Below are positions 11,653 to 38,221 of a DNA stretch of 64,000 bases, piece after piece. Location of the stretch: NCBI RefSeq assembly GCF_009914755.1, contig NC_060926.1; one strand, written 5' to 3'. The position numbers were made by a program, and so were the translations under genes. The number at the start of each line of letters is the position of its first letter. Position 1 is the first letter of the stretch. A model generated the notes under the pieces. That model ran no database searches, was not told where the DNA came from, and worked only from the letters and a program-made list of their open reading frames with translations. This DNA comes from the human T2T-CHM13v2.0 reference genome, Homo sapiens.

Positions 11653-14268
11653 TTTTTTTTTTAAGAGACAGGATCTCCCTCTGTTGTTCAGGCTGGAGTG
11701 CAGTGGCACAATCATAGTTCACTGTAACCTCAAACTCCTGGGCTCCAGTGAACCTCCCATCTCAGTCTCCCCAGTAGCTGGGACTACAGGTGTGTGCCAC
11801 CACACTGGGCTAATGTTTAAATTTTGTTTTCCAACTGGTCTTCTGACACAGGAGAATTTTTTTATCTTTTGTGGAGATGGGGTCTTCCTATGTGGCCCAG
11901 GCTGGTCCCCCTGCCTCCTTTTTTTTGAGGCAGGGTCTCTCTCTGTCTTCCAGACTGGTTTGCAATGGTGTGATCACAGCTCACTGCAGCCACAAACTCC
12001 TGGGATCAAGTGATCCTCCCACCTCAGCCTCTCAACTAACTAGAATTACAAGTGCGTGCCACCATGCCCGGTTAATTTTTAAATATTTTGTAGAGATGGT
12101 GGGGGAGGGGGTCTCACTATGTTGCCCAGGCTGGTCTCGAACTCCTGGGCTGAAGTGATCCTCGGCTTTGACCTCCCAAAGACGAGATTACAGGCATGAA
12201 CCACCACACCCAGCCCTCAGGCTGGTCTTGAACTCCTGGCCTCAAGCCGTCCTCTATCCTTGGCCTTCCAGGCATGAGCCACCATGCCCAGCCCTCAGGC
12301 TGGTCTCGAACTCCTGGCCTCAAGCCATCCTCTGTCCTTGACTTCCCAATCCCCTGGGATTACAGGCATGAGCCAGCATGCCCAGCCTGATTTTTGTCTT
12401 TATGATCAGATCCTTATTGTTGCTATGCAATTTAAAACTTAGAAAACCATAGTTTTAAGTAACAAAGTTTTATTATATTAGCCCAAGGATGCTAATGACA
12501 AGCTCAAAATTATTTGTCAGTTGGTTTAAAAATACATGAAAAGAGTTAAGCATTTATATCCTGTATAATAAAAAAGGAAAAATAATAATAATACACATTT
12601 AATCAGACAGTTTTATGAAGGCCATAAGTTGTTTGTTTGGATGAACCTGGGAGGCTGAGGGGGCTCAGGCCCCTCAGAGAAGGGGCAGAAAGTAGGGATG
12701 GAAGACCCTGGCAGTCATCTCTAAGGGAAGGGAAGCCCCTAAAGGGGCCAGCCCTAGCAAAGAAATAGCAGGAAGAGCCTTGGTTCCCTCTCACCTCTTC
12801 AACCACTCTCCACTGACCAAGCCCACACCCCTTATTCTGTGGACATTTTCCCACTAAAATATTTCACTTGGCACTTTGGGAGGCTGAGGTGAGTGAGTTA
12901 CTTGAGGTCAGGAGTTCAAGACCAGCTTGGCAAATATGGTGAAACCCCGTCCCTACTAAAAATACGAAAAATTAGCTGGGCGTGATGGTACATGCTTGTA
13001 CTCCCAGCTACTGGGGAGGCTGAGGCAGGATAATTGCTCGAACCCGGGAGGTGGAGGTTGCAGTGAGCCAAAATCGCACCACTGCACTACAGCCTGGGCA
13101 ACAGAATGAGACTCCGTCTCAAAAAAAAAAAAAAAAAGAAAGAAAATATTTTCATATGTACCATCTGCACAATAGAACACTTTGCATTTATTAGAGAGGT
13201 GGCACTACTGTGATGACATAAGAAAATGTGCTGGCTGTACAGGTAAATGGGAAAAAAACAAGTTGCAAAATAAAATGTACTCAGTGACCCCATTTTAACA
13301 AAGACAAATGTTAGTGTATGTCTAGAAAATAAAAATTTGGGAGAAATGCATCAAATCTTGAAAGAAGTTATCTGTGGAGATGAGACTAGAGAACATGCTT
13401 ATTTTACATATTTCATATTTCCTTAATGATTGACATTGTATGCCTTATTGCTTTCATAATCAGAAAAAATAATTGTATAATTAATGGTAAAAACTGCCAA
13501 CCAAGGCTGGGCACGGTGGCTCATGCCTGTAATCCCAGCCCTTTGGGAGGCCGAGGCAGGAGGATCACCTGAGGTCAGGAGTTTGAGACCAGACTGACCA
13601 ACATGGAGAAACCCCATCTCTATTAAAAACACAAAATTAGCCGGGTGTGGTGACGCATGCCTGTAATGACAGCTACTCGGGAGGCTGAGGCAGGTGAATT
13701 GCTTCAACCCAGGAGGCGGAGGTTACATTGAGCTGAGATGGCACCATTGCACTCCAGCCTGGACAACAAGAGCGAAACTCTGTCTCAAAAAAACAAACAA
13801 AAACAACAACAACAACAATAAAACAAACAAAACTGCCAACCAAGTCTTTTTTCTTCTTCTATTTTTTAATTGAAATAGAGACAGAGTCTTGCTTTGTTGG
13901 CCAGGTTGGTCTTGAGCTCTCGGCCTCAAGTAATCCTCTCACCTTGGCCTCCCAAAGTGCTAAGATTACTGGTAATCACGCCTGGCCTAATCCAGTCTTT
14001 CCCCCTACTTTTCCCTAGACATTTAGAATATGGTGATATATAGTGATAGGGTTATAAAAGTCAGTCATTTTAAATTGTATCCCTAAATAAATGCCTGTAA
14101 TCAAGACCATCTTGTGCTGGGTGCAGTGGTACATGCCTGTAGTCCTAGCTACTCAGGAAGCTGAGGTGGGAGGATCACTTAAGCCCAGGAGTTTGAGGTT
14201 ATGGTGAGCTATGACCACCACTGCACTCCAGCTTGGGCAACAGAGTAAGACCTGTCTCTTAAAAAAAA
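11653..14268. mobile_element. Alu cluster (AluJ pieces 11653-12387 -, 12872-13148 +, 13505-13830 +, 13860-13988 -, 14116-14268 +)
   Basis: Alu consensus blocks and A/T tails. Confidence 0.85.
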
Positions 14269-14899
14269 TCTTCTCTCAGCAGATCAGCCATCAAAATTAT
14301 TGTTAGCCTGATGAAATATAGGTGGGCATACAATGTTAGAAGCCACCCTGACCTCTGCAGGGACTCCAAGTCCTCATAAGCACAAACAGTTCTAGCCTGC
14401 CATTGACAGTTTAAAGAGGGTGTCCTTTTGTCCCTCCTACATTTCTCTGTTTATTCATATCCTTCACATTTTTCTTTCTTTTGACCTATTTCATTCCTAA
14501 AATATTCTAACATCTGACTTCTCTCCCAATTACAATAGTAACAATACATCATGGGTTTTCCAGTGTAGTTACTTTTTAGTATATATTTTTTCAATAATGG
14601 CTATTCATTAAATATATATGATTTGTTTTGGGGCCACTGAAAGACTTCATATAGGTAAGTTCATATCATATTGTGATAAAGTTTTTGGTTTTTGGTAATG
14701 AAAACATGGATTTTGCACTGATTGCTCTGCGGAATTTCTCTCTGGATGATGCTTGATGACCTTCACATGGCCTCTTAGTCTTTTTTTCAATTTACCTCCT
14801 TTGCAGCCTTTAAAACTGTGAATCAAGTCTTCCTGTTTCAAATCTCCTTCCTTAGTTTTCATGAATCTACACTGTCCTTCCTCTGTAAATGCTTCTTTG

Positions 14900-19640
<4,741 letters not shown>

Positions 19641-19649
19641 TCCACATAA

Positions 19650-20309
19650 ACTTCCAGTTACAGGTATTTTATTGAGCAGAGACAGTGAAGTTCCTTATGC
19701 TGTTATTTCAAAAGTGTTTCCTGGTTTCTTTTTAATGAATGTCTTAAAATACAAGCAATCAGGACCCTTTAAATAAGGCAGTATGTTCACAAATCAAAAT
19801 AGCTTTCTGCTGGCATCAGTTGATTCAACATCAACATGCAGTGTCCAGAATGAATAAGCAGTTCTTTAATGGTTATTTAAATATATTCCAGAAGAGCGTT
19901 TATAATTCATTTACAAGTGCAGTATTGCGCTAGTAAATGTTACTTGACCTCTTGTATAAATAATGCCGATTAAGAATTAGTCCTGGAATAGTTTTCGAAT
20001 TTCTAACTCTGTAGATCTAAAACACAATTGTAAATGGTATAAAGATGTAAGAATCATATTGTGATAAAGTCAATCTCAAAAATAGAGAATCCAGACCCTT
20101 CCCAGATAATTTAAGAACTGAGTTTTCCTCAACTTAAACATGATGGCCACACAGAAAACAGTAAAGACACTTTTCGATGTGATACAACTGTATAAAACTC
20201 GAGAATATGAGTATTTAGGTGACCAATGTATAGACATTAATAGAATTTTAAAAACACATTTAAATCTGAAGCAGAAAAAAAAAGACAATTTACAAAGAAT
20301 TATTGAGCT
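19650..20309 (-). other. TXNDC9: TXNDC9 3' UTR with poly(A) signals
   Basis: Follows TAG stop; minus-strand AATAAA at 19668-19673 and ATTAAA at 19731-19736 and 19865-19870; 3' end approximate. Confidence 0.75.
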
Positions 20310-20427
20310 CTAATCATCATCAGAGTCTGAATCATATTTCTTTCCTCGGATAGTTTTCTTTTCCAGCTTTGTGAAGTTTGTTCCAAATTTCTTTTGGTTC
20401 TGAAATGGTGGCTCCATTAAATTTCCA
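20310..20427 (-). CDS. TXNDC9: TXNDC9 exon 5 coding part (S)GNLMEPPFQNQKKFGTNFTKLEKKTIRGKKYDSDSDDD*
   Basis: T-tract+AAG acceptor; phase matches exon 4; TAG at 20312-20310; total CDS 681 nt. Confidence 0.96.
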
Positions 20428-20522
20428 CTTAAAAAAAAAAAAAAGCATTTTATTCTTTATGATTTAGTACTAGTATACTAAACTGCACAAAAATCTATCT
20501 TTGTTTTCTTCCTGTAACATAG

Positions 20523-20975
<453 letters not shown>

Positions 20976-21009
20976 TAACACAGTGCTCAGTTGTCACCGG
21001 AAATGAGAG

Positions 21010-21520
21010 AAACCATCACACACCTCCCGATATGATGCATCACTTCCATAATATGCCCGTCAAAAATCGATAATCTGAATCTAATCTTGAGGAAATTTAA
21101 GACAAACCCAAACTGGGAGATGTTCTCCAAAATAAACAGTTTGTACTCTTCAAAAACATCAGTCTTAAGAACCAAAGAATAACAATGGTAACTAAAGACG
21201 TAATAACTAAATGTGCTGCATTTTTGGTATGAAGGACAATTATTGGGACAATGAGAAAACTTGAAATAAGAGCGGTAAATTACACAATAATTCCTGTTTC
21301 AATAATTGTACTGTCGCTACGTAAGAAAATGTTCTTGTTCTTAGAAAATATATATGGAAGTCTTTAGGAGTAAAGGGACACTGTATTCACAATTTCCACT
21401 CAAATGGTTCCCAAAATACTTCATAGTATCTATAAAGACAATGATAAAACAAATATAAAATGTTTAAAATTGGGTAATATGGGCAAAGGGTCAATGAGGA
21501 TTCGTTGTACTAGTCTGCAG
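21010..21520 (+). mobile_element. L1MC-type 3' UTR fragment
   Basis: ctgaatctaatcttgaggaaatttaagacaaacccaaactgggaga...gtactcttcaaaaac. Confidence 0.6.
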
Positions 21521-22582
21521 GGGGTTGTTTCTACTAGTTTTTTGTAGAGACGAGGTCTCATCTCACTATATGTTGCCCAAATTGGTCTCAAACTCCTGGC
21601 CTCAACTGATTCTCCCACCTCAGCCTCTCAAAGTCTGTAATCTTCTGAGATTACACAAGTGCCCCACCCGGCTGCAATTTGTTTAAGGCTTAAAATTACT
21701 TCAAAATATATAACTTTATTTAATAAATATTAATATTTTATGTTAATATTAAGGAAATGAAACCAATTTCTACAACATAGGAATGATTTCGGCATGTCTA
21801 GGAGAGTCAGAGAAAAGACGGGAGGGAAATGGGGGAGAAAGAAAAACGTGAGAGAACCTTCTACTTCCTGAAAGGCACCATGACTCTGGAATGGTAAGTG
21901 CACAATTTTACCTGTTACTTTTGCAAATCAAGAAAAGGCAAAAAAGACAAGATGATATGCTCTGATTTGTGGAATTAGATAAATTATTTGTCTGAAGAAG
22001 TGGACAAAGAAATGGAAGTTGGATTTTAGATTGTTTTCAAACTAAAACTGTTCTTCATAGCAAGCAATGTAAGCTAGGCATAGAAACCTTTTTCTATTCA
22101 TCAGCCTCTATAAGTAAAACAGAAATATCCATGTTAAAAATCTAGTATTTTAAAATATAACTTTCTTTGCAAGAGTCTGCTTTTAATTTTTATTTTATCA
22201 AAGAGAATCACTTAAGTCAGAATTCATTTGAGCAATCTGGCTTAAATTGGGGAATAGTCAACACTGGATTGCCATTTTAAGTTTCCAGATTAATACAAAA
22301 TTAGTGTCAATAGTATACGTTAAGCTGAAAACTTTTATAGTCAGGAGTACGGTGAGACTCAGTTTTACCTATTAAATCAGTTTAATCTGTAAATCTGATT
22401 TTGCCGTAAAATCACGCTAATATTACACACTTCAAAAAAACATGCTTTTCCTTTGAGAAACTTTCTACATCTCAGCCAAAATGCCTTAATTTCATAAAAT
22501 AAATGTTACAATACAAAAATCTTTTGTAAAAATATCAACTATATATGAATTAAAATCAATCTCTTCTTTTGTTAAAAGTTAC

Positions 22583-22837
22583 CTGTAATTAAGAATGTCA
22601 GAAGAACCGAGCCTCCATTCTAAAGTTTCTGTGGTGAAGTCATCTGTATTTCCTAGGTCAGTAAACCCAACAACATAATCTTGTGTTTTCCCATCTTTTA
22701 GCAGTGCTAGTGTGGGAATGACTTTGATATGCAGTCTCTCACAAAGGAAAGGTGCTTTTTCCACATTCAGCTTCAAAAATTTGGTCTCGAGGTGTTTCTT
22801 GGACAATATTGCCAGATGTCTGTCTAGTATTTTACAC
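22583..22837 (-). CDS. TXNDC9: TXNDC9 exon 4 (CKILDRHLAILSKKHLETKFLKLNVEKAPFL...SSDILNY), thioredoxin/phosducin-like fold
   Basis: TTACAG|G acceptor, CAG|GTAACT donor, 255 nt; lies within ORF-track 22579-22878. Confidence 0.97.
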
Positions 22838-23368
22838 CTGTAAGTGACCACACATAGAAAATTATAAGCTAAAACCACAGATCGCTTTTTTCAAAATAAA
22901 TATCATCAAGGGAAATCTAATTATGTAGTTTTTCTGTTGACTCTCATAACATGGCAGCCAACTTAAACTTGTGTCAGATGACCTCACTTCCAGATCAGAG
23001 GTTAGCTGCCTGATTACGAGATGGGAAAACAGCCTATAAGATTCTAGAAAGTCAGATTTGCATTAATGATATTCTCTTTTAAAATATTAAATATATGCTT
23101 TAAGTCATAAAGGAAGTTGTCCTATCTCCTACACAGGAAACTTGAAGAGGAACAAACTGAAACTTGACAAAACTCGGAAGAGACTTACAAGAATCAGAAG
23201 TGCACACATGGTGCCATATTTGGAAGTCATGAAGAAAAACTGAACAGCATTACCGAGGAAAAACTTCTTACTCCTAAATATGCAACGCTGTCAGTAAGAA
23301 GCACATTAAGGCTAAGGGTTACTAATAATATTTAAATAAATGTGGCCATTATGCTTCTAGGAAATTAA

Positions 23369-28001
<4,633 letters not shown>

Positions 28002-28161
28002 TGCTTAACTTAATACTAAATAACATATGAGAGAGTACAATGAAACAACTTAGGAAGTTTTTTCTTTTAGTTTTCTTCATTTCTCTAGTAAGCCAGTATA
28101 TCTCCAGCCAAACAATTCACTGTGTTTTTTTAGAAAAAGTCACAGATGGAAACAAAGTTAC

Positions 28162-28280
28162 CTGAATGTGGAGTCTCTGTAGAAATGGCAAACCACATTT
28201 TCACTCTCCTTGACTTCTTGAAAAAAGTCTCTTTCACTAGGGATTTCTCTGTATTCCCCATGTCCTTTAGAAAGCCATTC
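28162..28280 (-). CDS. TXNDC9: TXNDC9 exon 3 ([39 protein letters not shown])
   Basis: TTAG|GAA acceptor, CAG|GTAACT donor, 119 nt, in frame with exons 2 and 4. Confidence 0.96.
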
Positions 28281-28388
28281 CTAATTTGGAGAGAGGCAAA
28301 ACATTACACATGTGAGATATCTCTTTCAGAACCACTTGACATTTTAAGTGTCCAAATCACCATCGTATTTTGTAATGAAGTCAATTAA

Positions 28389-33124
<4,736 letters not shown>

Positions 33125-33655
33125 TCAGTCAGAGTTTACAACTCTGCGTTTATTCTACACAAACATTCTAAGAGGCAACAACGATAGAGCTGTGGCCACC
33201 TTTGTTACAAAGCATGCATTCTTTTGAATATGCCACATAATTATTTCATTGGAAATGCCTGAAATACATTTTTCAACATAAATTGACTTAATTGCTCTTA
33301 TCTCATCTGTCTTATCTCGTTTGCTTTGAAAATAGCTAAATCGGCTTTAATATTACCTGAAATGGAAACCAATGACTCCCTAGCCCTCCATTCAACCAAA
33401 CAAATCCAAGCTCAGAAAAACGATCTTGGGCAGATCTTTCTTTTACTCGACTGTGGATTAATATAGAGATTGGGCTAATTTTGAATGTCTTTAAAACATA
33501 TTTTTTTCTGGGCAAATTTTTAACAGTAATAGGTATTCTGAATTTTAAAAACCCTAAACACAAAGAACGAAATGTAACTACTACAGCACATGTATATATA
33601 AGTTGTTAGGCGCATACTGTTATAGCAATTTCAGAAAGCAGGGCAGAGAGGTTAC

Positions 33656-33844
33656 TTGTTTCTGCTGTTGAGCTTTCCTTAGTGCCTGGAGTCTCTTTTC
33701 TTTAAGGCGTTCCAATTCATCCTCATCCATCTGATCCAGTTTTTGAATTTCAGAATCCAAATGTTCTTCCACCAGTTTGGTAGTCTGAAGCAGCTGATGC
33801 TCCAGGACTTTGGAAAACATGTCAACAGATGCATCAGCTTCCAT
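33656..33844 (-). CDS. TXNDC9: TXNDC9 exon 2 coding part (MEADASVDMFSKVLEHQLLQTTKLVEEHLDSEIQKLDQMDEDELERLKEKRLQALRKAQQQKQ); exon starts at 33876
   Basis: ATG at 33844, CAA|GTAACC donor, acceptor TCTCCCCAG| before 33876; recognisable phosducin-like 3 (TXNDC9/APACD) N-terminus. Confidence 0.97.
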
Positions 33845-34667
33845 TCTTCCAAATGGTACAGAGTTCAGCCTGGGTGCTGGGGAGAAGATTTACAAAATAC
33901 ATTTTAAAAAATGCAAACAATAAGCAAGGTTTTCTCTACCATTTTCAAAAATTCTGGCAAGTGTATAATGTGTACTCTATGGAGTATTCTAACGACATCC
34001 AAGCACTTGATGCTGGGCTTAACAATTTTTATGTGTTTTTAAATTTAATTCTCAGTAGGTTCTAGTCACACCACTCAAAAACTACTTACAGCAAATTTAG
34101 GGTGCTTCTGATTTAGCATATGTTTTACTATACTAAAGCCAAGACAAGTCTTTAAGACCATCACCAAACCACAGAGAAATGAGTTGTGAAGTTATACCTA
34201 GTGATATATACTGACAATCAGTGTTCTTTACCAATGGGAAAGAGAAATCAGAAACAACTGCGAACAATAGGAAGGTATACCTACTGAGGTTTTACACATA
34301 AATATATATATTAAACTTTACTTAAACACAGAGTACAGTTGAGCAAAACACAGATTTTTTTCATGGCTGCTGCCCAAATGAGTTTCATTTAACTCCTAAG
34401 ACGTCTCATTACCATTTATGTAAAGAAGAGTGCCTGGTGTTCCCTGAGCATTAATGTCCATTCCTGTTCTCCCATTACCTAACAAAAAAGTCTATGAGGT
34501 CACAAAAATTAATACTGGTTTCCATTTACTGACAGTGTTAACTTTGATGTAAAACACTCCAAATACTTTTCTAAATTTTGGGTTTTTTTCCAACATCACT
34601 CCTCTGTGTAAAATCAGAGTTTCAAAATAGAACTAATTCAGATTAGAAAGGAAGACCTATCTCAATT

Positions 34668-35300
34668 AGTCATGCATCACTTAACAATGGGAATATATTC
34701 TAGGCTGGGTGCTATGGCTCACGCCTGTAATCCCAGCACTTTGGGAGGCCAAGGTGGGCAGATCACTTGAGTTCAGATGTTTGAGACCAGCCTGGGAAAC
34801 ATGATGGAACCCTGTCTCTACTAAAAATAGAAAAATTGGCCAGGCCCGGTGGTGTGTGCCTGTAGTCCCCGCTACTAGGGAGGCTGAAGTGGGAGGAGGA
34901 TACCTTGAGCCCAGGAGGCAGAGGTTGCAGTGGGCTGAGAACGCACCACTTGCACCCCACCCTGGGCGACAGAGCCAGACCCTGTCTCAAAAACCAAAAA
35001 CCAAAAACCCACAAAACAATGAGAATACATTCTGAGAAATGCATCATTAGGTGATTTTGATATTGTTTCAAACATTATAGACTATTTACACAAACCCAGA
35101 TGGTACAGCCTGCTACACACCTAGGCTATGCCATACAGCCTATTACTCCTAGGCTACAAATCTGTACAGCATGTTACTGTACTGAATACTGCAGACAACT
35201 GTAACATAATGGCATTTGTGTATCTAAACATAGAAAAGGTACGATAAATACAGTATTACAATCTCATAAAACTGAAATGTCCTTATGTGGCACATGACTA
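34668..35300 (-). mobile_element. Tigger3a/MER7-like DNA transposon split by an Alu (34703-35015 +)
   Basis: Termini agtcatgc ... gcacatgact; internal ctcctaggctacaaatctgtacagcatgttactgtactgaatac; Alu TSD aacaatgggaatatattct / aacaatgagaatacattct. Confidence 0.75.
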
Positions 35301-35355
35301 TATATTTTAAAAGAAATGGAGTATTTTGTACTAGCAATTAGTACAAAATTTTACT

Positions 35356-35648
35356 TTTTTTTTTGAGACGGAGTCTCGCTCTGTCGCCCAGGCTGGAGTG
35401 CAGTGGCGCATCTCCGCTCACTGCTAGCTCCGCCTCCTGGGTTCACGCCATTCTCCTGCCTCAGCCTCCCGAGTAGCCGGGACTACAGGCGCCCGCCACC
35501 ACGCCCGGCTAATTTCTTTTTGTATTTTTAGTACAGACGGGGTTTCACCGTGTTAGCCAGGATGGCTACGATCTCCTGACCTCGTGATCCGCCCGCCTCG
35601 GCCTCCCAAAGTGCTGAGATTACAGGCGTGAGCCAGCCGCGCCCGGCC
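35356..35648 (-). mobile_element. Young CpG-rich AluY
   Basis: Many retained CpGs; TSD aaaattttactt. Confidence 0.92.
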
Positions 35649-36870
35649 AAAATTTTACTTCTTTTAAAAGAAATGGAGTATTTTGTACGAGAAATTTTAT
35701 ACCAACAATTAGAGGGCAAGTTTATGTGTATCTCAGGGTTATTACTGCAGAAATGATTTATAATTTGCCTATCAAAGCAGGAGGCTGTTGCATATCAATG
35801 AACTATGATACATTTGCAAATAATACTGAAGCACCCCAAACTTCACAACAAACTGTGAATTCATTCACTCAGCTTCTGACACAGATTCTGACCCACACAG
35901 GCCCTCTATAAACGTTGAGCTGAAGAGAAATATTCTTGCAAACTTCAATTCTGATTCCTTTTTCTTTACAGGAAAAGGATTTGAAAAGCATACTTGATTT
36001 CATCTTTGTATCTCCATAGAACACAGCAGGTACTCAATAAACATGTATTTAACGTTGAATGAACACGTGCCTGACTTCTGTTCAAATTACTACACTGTTA
36101 AGTTTCAAAAGTATTTGAGTCTAAAAAACCAAATTGTAAGCTCCTCGTGAGTGCTATAAAATTGGAAAGGTGCTGTATTTCAAACACAGCAGATTTCCAC
36201 GCTCCCTATCGCCCAAGAAAAATGTCAGTAGGACTGTGACCCTCAGTGAGGGGGTTGGAAGGAGAAGATAATAAGATACTGAATTGAACGTTGGAAGCTG
36301 TGCTCCAGGGATAAGCACAGAGAATGCTTACCCTGGAACTTTATAGAATGAGCCCAGAATTTAATTATGGGATAACTGGAAAAAGACGAGATTAAGAAGA
36401 GCTATTCTGGGTGTAGGTGTTGGTGGTCAGAGCATTGAGAATGGGGTAAAGAGACGATGCAACCCCTCGTTAGCTTTTCATTTTTCAAACCACAGCCTCT
36501 GATTCTTCCTTTTTACAGCTCCGCTGGAAGGGTGGGACGGGACACAGCGCGTCCTCAAATTCCCTAGTCATTTCCTGGACACCCTTACAGGTATCCGCCA
36601 AAACAATCAAGGGGCCTGGTCCTTAACTGAACCCCAGGTACCTCCCCAATGGCAAGCCGGCCACTCCCTGCGCCCGGGGAAACAGAGGAAAGCACAGTCC
36701 CGGTGGCCCCAACTTCGACGCCTCCTGGTGCGCTTGCGCAAGAGCCTCTGCCAGGACACCGACACCGGTGCTGGGGCCGCGCCCCTCCTCCGCTCCGGAT
36801 GTGGAGCAGCAGAATGTTCACCAGCACCCGGACGTGGTGGTCGGATTCTTCTCACTACCCTCTGCCTCAC

Positions 36871-36965
36871 CTGAGCTCTCGGTGACGCCTGAGAAGTGAA
36901 AGAGCAGCAGTTTCAAAAGACACGTCCACTCCGGCTTTTGCCTTGCAGTAGCTGCCGGCGGCTGC
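36871..36965 (-). other. TXNDC9: TXNDC9 non-coding exon 1 (5' end approximate)
   Basis: Donor CTCAG|GTGAGG at 36871/36870 inside the CpG island, downstream of CCAAT and GC boxes. Confidence 0.8.
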
Positions 36966-38186
36966 AAACGGGCCGTCACATCCGCCTCCTTATTGGCTGC
37001 GAACCTCGCGCGATATCACCTTGGACGCCAGAGGAAGGGGCGGGCGGTCGGGTGGCCAACAGTTCTGCGCGTGCGCCTCCCGCCCAGCAGCCCGGAACCC
37101 AAGGTGTCCGACCCTTGCTTTCCTCCGGGTACACGGCCGAACTGGAAGGCCGCAAAGCATTGTGGGAGTTGCAGTTTCTTAGTGCGCAGGCTGTCGTGGC
37201 CGGACTTTCTCAGGAGCGTGCTTCAGTATTCACGGTCCAGTGCGCCAGACTGGAAATGAGACAGCTGTGCTCTCGCTCAGCCGTGACGCTTGAACTGCGT
37301 TTCCATTCTGTTAGTGTTGAATGAACATTTTTCTTTTTTTTGTTTTCTTTTGTTAACATTTTTCCTAAAGTCGAGGCATAAACATATACAGCACAATTAA
37401 CTTTTGCATAGTTAAAACCCAAAATATCACCGGCCAGATCCAGATATAGAACATTTTCCACCACCCCTGTAGGTCCCCTCTTGACTCTTCGAAACACAGG
37501 AATTTTTAGAACTCGCCCTCGCTTTGAGGGTGAAGCTGAAGACCTATGTTAGGGAATTGATCGGCTGTGTCCTGTTCTGTTTTATTCAGTGACTGTACAT
37601 AATGCATAATGCATGGATGTTACTGAGAGGTCCCTATTTTGTCCTGAATTTATCTCTCTCGCAAACCCCCAGAGGACTCTATTGGTTCGTTGTGGTTCTT
37701 TACTGAACTTCGTGCGGCTGAGAATACAAAGATATAAAGGGAAGCCCAAAGCCCACTCCTGAACCGAAGCGTGCGTTCCCCGTTGGGAGAGGGGTGAGGT
37801 GGGGAAATTGACAGCTTCATTGTCCACCTCCGGGTTCTAGAACGTGGAAAACCCGCGGGTGTCGGCTCGTGGCGGACGCTTGAGGGCAGGGGGCGCTCGG
37901 GCTGCTGCCTGGTCGGCCGGTCAACCGGAGACGCTCTACCCGAAGCGCAGCTCTCGATGAGCCGCGCCCTGCGTCCTCACGCCGAGGCGGCTGGGCGATG
38001 CGCTTGCGCACTGAGAACTCACACCATATGTGTCCTGTTCCAGTGCGCGGGTCTGTGGAGAGCCGGGTGCGAGCGGCGGCAGCACGAGGGGAAAAGAGCT
38101 GAGCGGAGACCAAAGTCAGCCGGGAGACAGTGGGTCTGTGAGAGACCGAATAGAGGGGCTGGGGCCACGAGCGCCATTGACAAGCA

Positions 38187-38221
38187 ATGGGGAAGAAACA
38201 GAAAAACAAGAGCGAAGACAG
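38187..38221 (+). CDS. EIF5B: EIF5B exon 1 coding part (MGKKQKNKSED)
   Basis: gcaATGG start, AG|GTAGAT donor; recognisable eIF5B N-terminus. Confidence 0.95.

Noticed and set aside
12129-12387. CRISPR-like repeat array
   Set aside because: Eukaryotic Alu-derived tandem units without unique spacers or cas genes
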